Shown here: piece after piece, positions 56,396 to 64,000 of the stretch
How positions within the stretch are numbered: the stretch's first letter is position 1
How the letters are laid out: the number at the start of each line of letters is the position of its first letter
Notes under the pieces: generated by a model
Told to the model about the DNA's origin: nothing
Seen by the model: the letters and a program-made list of their open reading frames with translations, nothing else
Database searches by the model: none
Translations under genes and position numbers: made by a program
NCBI GenBank assembly: GCA_963769935.1
Contig: CAVYNY010000022.1
Location: 710,941-774,940, forward strand
DNA length: 64,000 nt
Source of the DNA: an uncultured delta proteobacterium
Lineage (GTDB): Bacteria; Desulfobacterota; Desulfobacteria; Desulfobacterales; JAFDCJ01
Reading direction: 5' to 3'

Positions 56396-58708
56396 ATGAC
56401 CCGCAAGGAAAGAGACATCAGGCCGGAGATCGAAGAAACAAAAATCCAGAAAGACCGCTACCGGGTGCTTATCGAGGATGTGGCCGATGGATTTTACGAA
56501 GTCGACCTGAACGGAAACTTCAAGTTTTTCAACGATGCGCTGTGTCGAATTTTCGGATATGCGAGAGAGGAGATTCAGGATCACAATTTCACCGAGTTCA
56601 TGGATGAAGCCAATGCCCGCATTGCCTACGAGTCATTTAACCGGATTTATACAACCGGCGAGGGCATTGTTGATATCAAGTGGCAGATCTCCCGCAAGGA
56701 TGGCAAAAATCGGCATCTGGAGATATCCGCCAACCTGATTGCAGATGAACAAGGTCAAGGCATCGGATTCAGGGGTATTGCCCGGGATGTCACTGATCGG
56801 GTTTTGGCCGAACATGCCCTGAAAACCTCTGAAGAGTGTGCCCTGGAGCTGTCTCAGACCAGCCGCCTCGCCGAACAGCGCTACCTCGGCTTCCTTAATT
56901 TTTTGCCCTACCCCGTATTCGCTTTTAATCTGGACGGTACCGTATCCTATCTGAATCCGGCCTTCGAGAAAGTTTTCGGCTGGACCCTGGCGGAATTGGA
57001 AGGTAGGATCATACCGTCGTTTATACCCGACGATTTGAAACAGGCGACCCGTGAGGGCATTCAGCAGTTGTTCGATGAAAAAGTTCTGCACAGCTTTGAA
57101 ACCAAACGTTTCACCAAGGACGGCCGTCTGTTGGATATCGTCATCGACGGCGCTATTTTTTATGATGAGGAAAATCAGCCGGCCGGGCAGGTAATTACGC
57201 TGAGGGACATAACCCGCGAAAAGCGTGATGCCAGAATCAACCAGGCGCTTTTGCGCATTGCCAGAGCGCTGCATCAATATCGCGGTCTGGACGAGCGTCT
57301 TGAGTTCATCACAAAAGAAGTTCAGCAGTTAATGCAGGTGGAAGGCGCATCCGTCATTTTGCTGGATGAGGATAAAAAGGAGTTTTTCTTTCGTGAATCG
57401 GCCTATGATGATGGTGAAACCGGCCGGAAAATGAAGGTCATCCGATTCCCGGTTGACAAAGGAGTGGCGGGCCATGTTTATCGGACCGGCAAGCCCTACA
57501 TAGCGCCGGATTACAGCCAAGATCCTTATTTTTTTCGTGAGGTGGACGAAAAATCCAGTCATCAGACGCGCAGCATGCTGGACGTGCCCCTTCAGATCCA
57601 GGATCGTCTGATCGGCGTGCTGTGCGCCGTGAACAAGAAAGACCGAATCTTCGATCAGCCGGACATTGATCTGCTGACAGCCATCGCCAACTATGTCGCG
57701 CTCCCCATTGAAAACGCCGCCATCAATGAAGAGCTCAAACGCTCTTATCAGGAGGTCCAGAACCTGAACCGCGCCAAGGACCGTGTTATTCATCATCTTT
57801 CCCACGAACTGAAAACGCCGGTATCCATCTTAAGTGCCTCCCTGAGCATTCTGAGAAAAAGGCTCGAAGGGCTCGAGGATCGCAACTGGGATAACATCAT
57901 TGATCGCGCGCAAAGAAACCTGGACCGCCTGCTTGAAATGCAGTATGAGATTGAGGACATCCTGAGGAAAAAGGATTATAAGATCCATTATATGCTGTCA
58001 TCATTGCTGGATGCCTGCGCTGATGAACTGGAGGCCCTGGTAACCGAGCACCTGGCAGAAAATGACATTATTGATCGGCTGCGGCAGCATATAGACAACC
58101 TTTTCGGACGTTACGATGTCAAATTAGAGACAATCCGGCTGGATCAGTTTGTCGAGAAGAAAATCAAGGCTTTGCAGCCGCGTTTCGCCCATCGCCGCTG
58201 CCGGGTCGAAACCCGGACAGTGGCCGTACCGGCTATTTGGATTCCGGTGGATGTTCTCGATAAAATTGTCGAAGGCCTGGTGCGAAATGCTGTCGAGAAC
58301 ACCCCGGATAGCGGCCGCATCATCGTTTCGGTGAGGGAAGGAAAAATCGGACCTGAATTGGAGATCGCCGATACCGGTATCGGCATCAGCGAGCAAAATC
58401 AGCGGCTGATATTTGATAATTACTTCACGGCCTATGACACCATGCAGTATTCCTCCCGCAAACCCTACGATTTCGGCGCCGGCGGCAAAGGATTTGACTT
58501 GCTGCGGATGAGAATTTTCTCGGAGCGCTATCATTTCAAACTCAACATGAGATCCAAACGCTGCCGCCTGATATCAGAGGAGGCGAATACCTGCCCGGGC
58601 AATGTTGAAGAATGCGTCCGTGACAGGCAATCTGAGAATTGTCTGGATTCAAGTGGCACCACGGTGACGGTTCAGTTTTATCCGGCAGAGTGGTTTGAAA
58701 AACAGTAA
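56396..58708 (+). CDS. Cytoplasmic PAS-PAS-GAF sensor histidine kinase
   Basis: Two PAS domains (FNDALCRIFGY; LNPAFEKVFGW), GAF (GVAGHVYRTG, IGVLCAVNK), H-box HLSHELKTP, N-box LVRNAVENT, DTGIGI. Confidence 0.92.
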   Translation: MTRKERDIRPEIEETKIQKDRYRVLIEDVADGFYEVDLNGNFKFFNDALCRIFGYAREEIQDHNFTEFMDEANARIAYESFNRIYTTGEGIVDIKWQISRKDGKNRHLEISANLIADEQGQGIGFRGIARDVTDRVLAEHALKTSEECALELSQTSRLAEQRYLGFLNFLPYPVFAFNLDGTVSYLNPAFEKVFGWTLAELEGRIIPSFIPDDLKQATREGIQQLFDEKVLHSFETKRFTKDGRLLDIVIDGAIFYDEENQPAGQVITLRDITREKRDARINQALLRIARALHQYRGLDERLEFITKEVQQLMQVEGASVILLDEDKKEFFFRESAYDDGETGRKMKVIRFPVDKGVAGHVYRTGKPYIAPDYSQDPYFFREVDEKSSHQTRSMLDVPLQIQDRLIGVLCAVNKKDRIFDQPDIDLLTAIANYVALPIENAAINEELKRSYQEVQNLNRAKDRVIHHLSHELKTPVSILSASLSILRKRLEGLEDRNWDNIIDRAQRNLDRLLEMQYEIEDILRKKDYKIHYMLSSLLDACADELEALVTEHLAENDIIDRLRQHIDNLFGRYDVKLETIRLDQFVEKKIKALQPRFAHRRCRVETRTVAVPAIWIPVDVLDKIVEGLVRNAVENTPDSGRIIVSVREGKIGPELEIADTGIGISEQNQRLIFDNYFTAYDTMQYSSRKPYDFGAGGKGFDLLRMRIFSERYHFKLNMRSKRCRLISEEANTCPGNVEECVRDRQSENCLDSSGTTVTVQFYPAEWFEKQ

Positions 58709-58732
58709 ACAGGAGGTTGTCGTTCGTCAATG

Positions 58733-58980
58733 CCGACACCTGACACCTCATCTGAAACCTCCTTAAATTCGATGCCATTTTTACGAAGTGTCTCACCGCT
58801 GAGAGCGCTGAGAGCGCAGAGATTAATTTAACTTTTCTTTCTCGGCGTTCTCCCACCGGGGCGTAGGCCCTATGGGCCAGAGGCGGCGGGCTCTGCGGTG
58901 AACTATTATGTTTCTTTTTCGATCAGACCGGCCGTTGTTTTGGCCGGCGGCTGGGCTGGCACTGACACCTGAAACCCGAA
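58733..58980. repeat. Composite of 7-bp (CTGAMAC) arrays, an inverted 9-bp (GCTGAGAGC) element and a GTAG hairpin
   Basis: CACCGCTGAGAGCGCTGAGAGCGCAGAGA ... TCTCGGCGTTCTC [CGTAGGCCCTATGGGCC] ... CTCTGCGGTG; flanked by CCGACAC CTGACAC and CTGACAC CTGAAAC. Confidence 0.7.
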
Positions 58981-59054
58981 AGGTGGAGTGAGCCAAAATC
59001 AAAATTTGTTTCTATTGGGGAATAATTTGCATCATCTTACAGGAAATATTTATT

Positions 59055-59867
59055 ATGAACCAATCAGATCAGAAAAATCCTTTGCCCCAGGGGAATCCGC
59101 AAATATCGAATCAATTTTTTCGTGAAGTTGAAATTCAATTTCTCATTCACGAGCTCAAAGACCCGATCGCGGTTATCGAAACCGGCTTGCGGACCCTGCT
59201 GGAGAAACAGGATAAATTCGGCGCCCTGTCTTCCAAGCAGGAAAATACGCTCAGACGCACCCTGCGAAACACCAAAAAAGCCCGGGCGATGCTCAATGAT
59301 TTGCTTGAAATCGGACGTTCGGAATCCGGCTGTTACAGCTGTTCTCATTTTCGTCCGGCAAGCTCCGTATATCAGGCTTTGAAGGATGCTCTGGAAATTA
59401 TGACCGGTCCCTTATCGGATGAAATCGGCAAATACCAGGCCGAAAAAGATGCCGCTGAGCTGTTGCTGCGAAACGGGATCCTTGTTGAAATTTCCGCCCA
59501 GGTGCAAAACACCGAGGTTTTCCAGGATGAAGTCAAATTCAGGCAGATTGCGGGCAATCTATTTAAAAATGCCCTCCACCATCGGCGGGAGCGGGTCAAC
59601 ATCTCGATGGATGTTGCCGGCGACCATCTGTTGCTGGCGGTGACCGATGACGGGCCGGGAGTCGGGCCCGAGCATCACGAAATGATATTCAAACGCTACG
59701 TCCAGGTTGCGGAATGTTCCATGGTCCCCCGCAGAGGTCATGGCCTCGGCCTGGCGGGCGCCCAGATTTTGGCCCACTGCCTGGGAGGAGATATTAAAAT
59801 CGACAGCCGCAAAGGTCAGGGCGCCACGTTTCGGTTGACGCTGCCGGTGAAAATGGCGGGGGAATAA
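59055..59867 (+). CDS. Histidine kinase without sensor domain (HisKA + HATPase only)
   Basis: LIHELKDP, NLFKNALHH, DDGPGV, GHGLGLA. Confidence 0.88.
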   Translation: MNQSDQKNPLPQGNPQISNQFFREVEIQFLIHELKDPIAVIETGLRTLLEKQDKFGALSSKQENTLRRTLRNTKKARAMLNDLLEIGRSESGCYSCSHFRPASSVYQALKDALEIMTGPLSDEIGKYQAEKDAAELLLRNGILVEISAQVQNTEVFQDEVKFRQIAGNLFKNALHHRRERVNISMDVAGDHLLLAVTDDGPGVGPEHHEMIFKRYVQVAECSMVPRRGHGLGLAGAQILAHCLGGDIKIDSRKGQGATFRLTLPVKMAGE

Positions 59868-60196
59868 TTCGACTGCGATAGATATCAAGTCGTGCAAGTT
59901 ATGTTGAGTTGGGATAGCGCAATTTCCGTTTTTTTTTAGATACTCTCAAAAAGCCTCTAATATTTAAAAGCAACCTTCCGGGCGTAGTCCATTATTGACA
60001 ACCTACCACCATGTATTACTTTAAGCCGTAAAGAGATTTGAATCCGCTGGGGCAGTGGAGATAGATATTCTACCTATATTATGGCTAATGCAATACTCAC
60101 CTTCTCTTTGAAGTACTTTTCCAAGATGTAGAAAAATTCGACTGAGGTTAAAGCCTTTGTGCTGGTAAGTCTCTGCGAATTAATACTTCCTTGCTA

Positions 60197-63100
60197 ATGG
60201 ATGAGCGGATGGCCCGAGCAACAAACGCCAGCTTAAACATTACCGCAATCCCAGTTGATGGAATGGACTATCTTTATGATGGCTCCGTCGTCATACCCGG
60301 GGTGCATCTCCGCTGGGCCTTTACTCCGGAAATGGGGTTTCCCCAGAATGGTTTTGAGCTTTACCGTCGACGCCACAGTCAAACCGAATTCGGACTGGAA
60401 CGTCAACCTTGGCAACGCATTGCCAACCTGGGTTTGCCGCATTTAAATCGTACTGGACGTCCATCGAGTGCGGCTGACAAGGCCTCCGGCCTGAACCTGG
60501 CCCTGGCGCGCCTCGAAACCAGTATTATGAATCCACGACTTGCCACATACCGACGCAAAGCCGGCGAATTGATTGATCTGCTGGATTTGCTGCTACCCTC
60601 CGACATGTATAACTCGAGACTGAACAAACCTGGCGATACGGTGTCTATCGGCATTCAGGACATATTGCTTTTAGCAGGTCTTGATCCTTATGCCGCCCGT
60701 ATGCTGGGGCTTTATTATATCGATAACGACGTGGCGCCCGGGGAGCCGGTAGATTATTTCGTTCGTGGTCAATGGGGGCACAGTTCCTGGCCGCTTAAGT
60801 ACCGTCGCTTCTCCAATCGTCGTTGTGAACCTATCACTGATCCGCCACCAGGTTGCTGGCAGCTGGATGACATTGTGGCTACCAGTGCCAGGGCCGTTGA
60901 GGTGTCTTTTGTCGCCGGCACTAGTCCCGCTGAAGATCATTATCTGTTGGCCCTGCGCGGCACACCCGCATTGCCCTTGCGATTGGTGTTTCCCGAGCTG
61001 GTTGAAGAAATACAGATTGACATTCGCCGTACGGACGGTGAGCCACAATGGCGGGCACTGGCCAGCAGTTATGTCGACATTATTTATGCGGACCAGGTTT
61101 ATGATGTTGCCGGCAGCCCCCACACTACGTTAAGCGGTACCGCCGACAGGGTTACGATTACCGCGGAACACGGATTCGGAATCAAGCGCCTCGAATTGTA
61201 CGACGACGAAGGCTTAAGTTATTGGGAGTTACTCGGCATTGGCTACCGACAGCATAGCGAGCCAAATGATGATCTCGATAGCCAGGTATTGCACGTCAAC
61301 CCGCCCAGCTTGACCACCCCGTTTGTCCGCCGCGATATTTTACTTGATCGTCCCGTAATCACGCCGAGCGTGCATACGCTCGACACCAGCGATAAACCCT
61401 TGTCGTTGGGCGAGGACGGTACCGTGCCACTGAGTACTACGCAGGTGGAGTTGGCGGCGCGCATCGACGACAATCGAAGCAATATCGCCGGCCCGCTTTC
61501 GCCGGTGCGCATGCACGTGCGGCGCAACCATCGAAACGGCAGCCGGGGCGAAGTGCTGTTGACCGATAACGGTATATCCCGGATCCGGCAGCAGCGACTG
61601 ATTGCGGCCTGGAAGTTGGATGGTAGCAGCCGCGATTCGCGCGATAGTGTGGACGGTGCGCGTTACGATGGCGAAAATTTCGGTGCGCCCAACTATCTGT
61701 TCTTCAGCAGTTTGAAATTTATCTCCGGTGTGCAAACCCGGCGGCAGGCGCTTGAGCTATATACCGAGAACTCAGAGGCTAAAACGCGGGGCGGGTTTGT
61801 TCGATATTCGAAGATTGTCGAACTCTACTCGCTGAGGAATTATCTGCGCCTGCAGTGCTGGGTGGCGCCGCGCCCCGGACAAAGTTTCCCAACCCTGATC
61901 GGAAACAATTATCAGCAAGGATTCTGGCTGGGATTGGAAAGCAGCGAGAGCGATGAGCATTTTCGCTTGCGTTTCTGGCTGAACAATCAACGCTATTCAT
62001 CGAGCGGTACGATTCCGGCAAACCGCAATGCGCTTTACTGGTCGCAGGTGGGTGTCGAATACAATGGCAAGTCTTTGTGCTTCTCCATAAATGGTGTTGT
62101 TGACAGCGTTCATCCGGCACGATTGGGTTCGGTTCAAGCCAACCCTGAAAAGACTTTGTGCCTGGGTGCCGAATATACCGCATCCGACGCCGATGACCTT
62201 GCCGGGCATTTCCCCTTTTCGGGCGCAATTGCCGAAGTTCAGATCTGGGGTGATTTTTATCAGGCGCCTCAGCTGGATTTGTCCGACCTGCTTGCGGCCT
62301 TCCCACTGGATCGCTCATTGATTGATGGACGGAGTGATATTCCATTAATCATTGAGCCGGTTTTATCGAAAGCATTGCCTGAGCCGCCGGGCACACCATC
62401 GAACATTTTCCAATTCATCGCGGACCTGTTTTGGTTATTGATAAATTTTATGCGGTCTTTGATCGGATTTTCAGAGAGTTCCGCACCGTCGGGCGAGCCC
62501 AAAGGGTCCGAGATTTTTCAGCAGGAACACCCCTTTTCGAGTAAGGCCCATTCGCTCAAACTTGACGGTCGAAACTTTCTGAAAGTCGAATCGCACCCGG
62601 TTTCGTTGAAAAATCATGAACGGCTTACGGTACAGCTATGGGTGAATCCCGCCGCCCACCAATCGCGGGCGGTATTGATCGATAACAGCAGTGATAGTTT
62701 CATGTTGGAGCTGGCCCCGGCCGATACGGGGTATCGAGTACAAACCTGGCTTAACGGACGGAGCTTTTTGACCGAATCGGAAATCGCTTGGGGTCAATGG
62801 AGTCACCTCAGCGTGAGCTACGATGGCCGCAGCGTGCAAACGCAAATCAATGGCGAGCCGGATACCGAAGAGCCGGCATCTTTGGGGCCGATTGCCGTAA
62901 ATCAGGATGAAATACTGGCCATCGGCGCCGATTACGTCTCGGAAACCGCCAGCGCACTCGCATTTTTTCGCGGCCTGATCAGCAATATTTTCATTTGGTC
63001 GAGCGCGCCCGAACCCAGCAGCCCCGTTATCTTGAGAGACAAAACCGATTTGCCGGCCGATGCCGCTGACACCGATTTTATCGAGCACAATGTCCCCGAT

Positions 63101-64000
63101 GGATGGTATGACTACCAGGTGCAGGGTGTGGACGTGTTCGGCCGCACCAGCCCCTGGTCAAGCAAACGCAGAGTTGTTGCCGAAGATACCGTTCCTCCCC
63201 CGGCACCGGTTAATATTGGCGGCTGTTTTTTGCCGCTGCGCGGCAGGCTGGTGCGCAGGGATGCCGATAATTATATAACCGATATCAATTTTCCAATCCT
63301 GGCCACCGGCAGCTCCGCCGGCACCACCGGAGGTACCTTACTGGAGCCGGGCGATTTGGCCCGGTATAACGCCCAATGCTTTCGTGTGGCGGCTGAAATC
63401 GATGCCGCGCCAAAAAGGCAGGTTTTCGAAATCGCATCAGCTGCGCTGGATGCCGGAAGCCTGAACCTGCGATTGCGAGAAGCCTTGTTCCCCATGCTGA
63501 TACCGGGTGTCGATGATCTTGTGGTTATTGAATTTGATGCGGTCGTCCGCGTGCGTTGGGCCTGGACCGGAATCCAGCGTTTGAATGTACCTAAAGCAAG
63601 CGCATTCAGAATATATATCGCGCCGGCGCGTGCTTCGATAACCGACGGGGAACTGGACTGGGTCGATACCTTGGAAGAGCGGCACTGGGGCGATCCCTAT
63701 CGGGAAGTTCCCATTGCAACGCCGGCGTCCATAGATTCTCATCAGATTGCACCATTGCCGGCAACGCGCCTGACGCTGGAAGCAAAGCAGCACCTGTTCG
63801 AAGATGCAGAGCATCCGATCCTATGGATGCCGGGCCTAAGAGATGCTGAGGCCGATGCCAAACACCGGGTTTACCGCATCACGATCAGCGACATTTTATT
63901 GCCCGAGGCGCAGCGCTCCCCCGATGCCGCCAATTATGTTTCCGCCGCTCTGGTTGGCTACAACCACGATCCGGCCGTGCAGGGTTGGCGTGCATATCCG
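60197..64000 (+). CDS. Very large hypothetical protein (>1268 aa, open at window end) with two LamG/ConA-like domains and FN3-like segments
   Basis: Manual translation of frame +2 from ATG 60197 shows no stop to 64000. LamG-like motifs IAAWKLDG..CWVAP..WSQVGVEYNG..SINGV..FSGAIAEVQIW and LTVQLWVNP..WSHLSVSYDG..QINGE..FRGLISNIFIW; FN3-like YDYQVQGVDVFGRTSPWS..DTVPPPAP. Confidence 0.85.
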   Translation, partial: MDERMARATNASLNITAIPVDGMDYLYDGSVVIPGVHLRWAFTPEMGFPQNGFELYRRRHSQTEFGLERQPWQRIANLGLPHLNRTGRPSSAADKASGLNLALARLETSIMNPRLATYRRKAGELIDLLDLLLPSDMYNSRLNKPGDTVSIGIQDILLLAGLDPYAARMLGLYYIDNDVAPGEPVDYFVRGQWGHSSWPLKYRRFSNRRCEPITDPPPGCWQLDDIVATSARAVEVSFVAGTSPAEDHYLLALRGTPALPLRLVFPELVEEIQIDIRRTDGEPQWRALASSYVDIIYADQVYDVAGSPHTTLSGTADRVTITAEHGFGIKRLELYDDEGLSYWELLGIGYRQHSEPNDDLDSQVLHVNPPSLTTPFVRRDILLDRPVITPSVHTLDTSDKPLSLGEDGTVPLSTTQVELAARIDDNRSNIAGPLSPVRMHVRRNHRNGSRGEVLLTDNGISRIRQQRLIAAWKLDGSSRDSRDSVDGARYDGENFGAPNYLFFSSLKFISGVQTRRQALELYTENSEAKTRGGFVRYSKIVELYSLRNYLRLQCWVAPRPGQSFPTLIGNNYQQGFWLGLESSESDEHFRLRFWLNNQRYSSSGTIPANRNALYWSQVGVEYNGKSLCFSINGVVDSVHPARLGSVQANPEKTLCLGAEYTASDADDLAGHFPFSGAIAEVQIWGDFYQAPQLDLSDLLAAFPLDRSLIDGRSDIPLIIEPVLSKALPEPPGTPSNIFQFIADLFWLLINFMRSLIGFSESSAPSGEPKGSEIFQQEHPFSSKAHSLKLDGRNFLKVESHPVSLKNHERLTVQLWVNPAAHQSRAVLIDNSSDSFMLELAPADTGYRVQTWLNGRSFLTESEIAWGQWSHLSVSYDGRSVQTQINGEPDTEEPASLGPIAVNQDEILAIGADYVSETASALAFFRGLISNIFIWSSAPEPSSPVILRDKTDLPADAADTDFIEHNVPDGWYDYQVQGVDVFGRTSPWSSKRRVVAEDTVPPPAPVNIGGCFLPLRGRLVRRDADNYITDINFPILATGSSAGTTGGTLLEPGDLARYNAQCFRVAAEIDAAPKRQVFEIASAALDAGSLNLRLREALFPMLIPGVDDLVVIEFDAVVRVRWAWTGIQRLNVPKASAFRIYIAPARASITDGELDWVDTLEERHWGDPYREVPIATPASIDSHQIAPLPATRLTLEAKQHLFEDAEHPILWMPGLRDAEADAKHRVYRITISDILLPEAQRSPDAANYVSAALVGYNHDPAVQGWRAYP

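Noticed and set aside
60233..63814. Short ORFs listed by the track in 60.2-63.8 kb
   Set aside because: All overlap the single uninterrupted +2-frame ORF from 60197, which carries coherent domain motifs.

Overview
Housekeeping core of what is probably a Desulfobacterota (Desulfobacterales-like) genome; the taxon is inferred from protein style. 0-8.5 kb: truA (partial), AEC transporter, argJ, pseudouridine synthase, nucleotide-sugar dehydrogenase, an archaeal-looking pyrE, an SDR and a LysM lytic transglycosylase. 9.4-42.6 kb: tRNA cluster, tuf-rpmG-tRNA-Trp-secE-nusG-rplKAJL-rpoBC-rpsLG-tuf (no fusA) and the S10, spc and alpha operons. 43-56 kb: a glutarate/dicarboxylate catabolic block (CoA transferase A/B, TRAP transporter, non-decarboxylating glutaryl-CoA dehydrogenase, EtfBA, ETF-QO) with two receiver proteins. 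Then two histidine kinases and a >1268-codon ORF that the ORF track missed because it runs off the window. Most notable: (1) RNA polymerase beta' carries an in-frame ~100-aa parvulin/PpiC-like PPIase domain. (2) About 25 intergenic spacers, including many inside the ribosomal operons, hold 7-, 8- or 9-bp tandem arrays, often as inverted arms and sometimes nested with REP-like and MITE-like units. (3) fusA is missing from the str operon. (4) A giant protein without a signal peptide has tandem LamG-like domains inside an FN3-like fold. (5) One kinase has a four-Cys insert in its ATPase domain. Single-base frameshifts in essential genes (tuf x2, secE, rplR, rpsE, rpmD, rplO) look like assembly indels. 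All calls are by eye, with no database searches.
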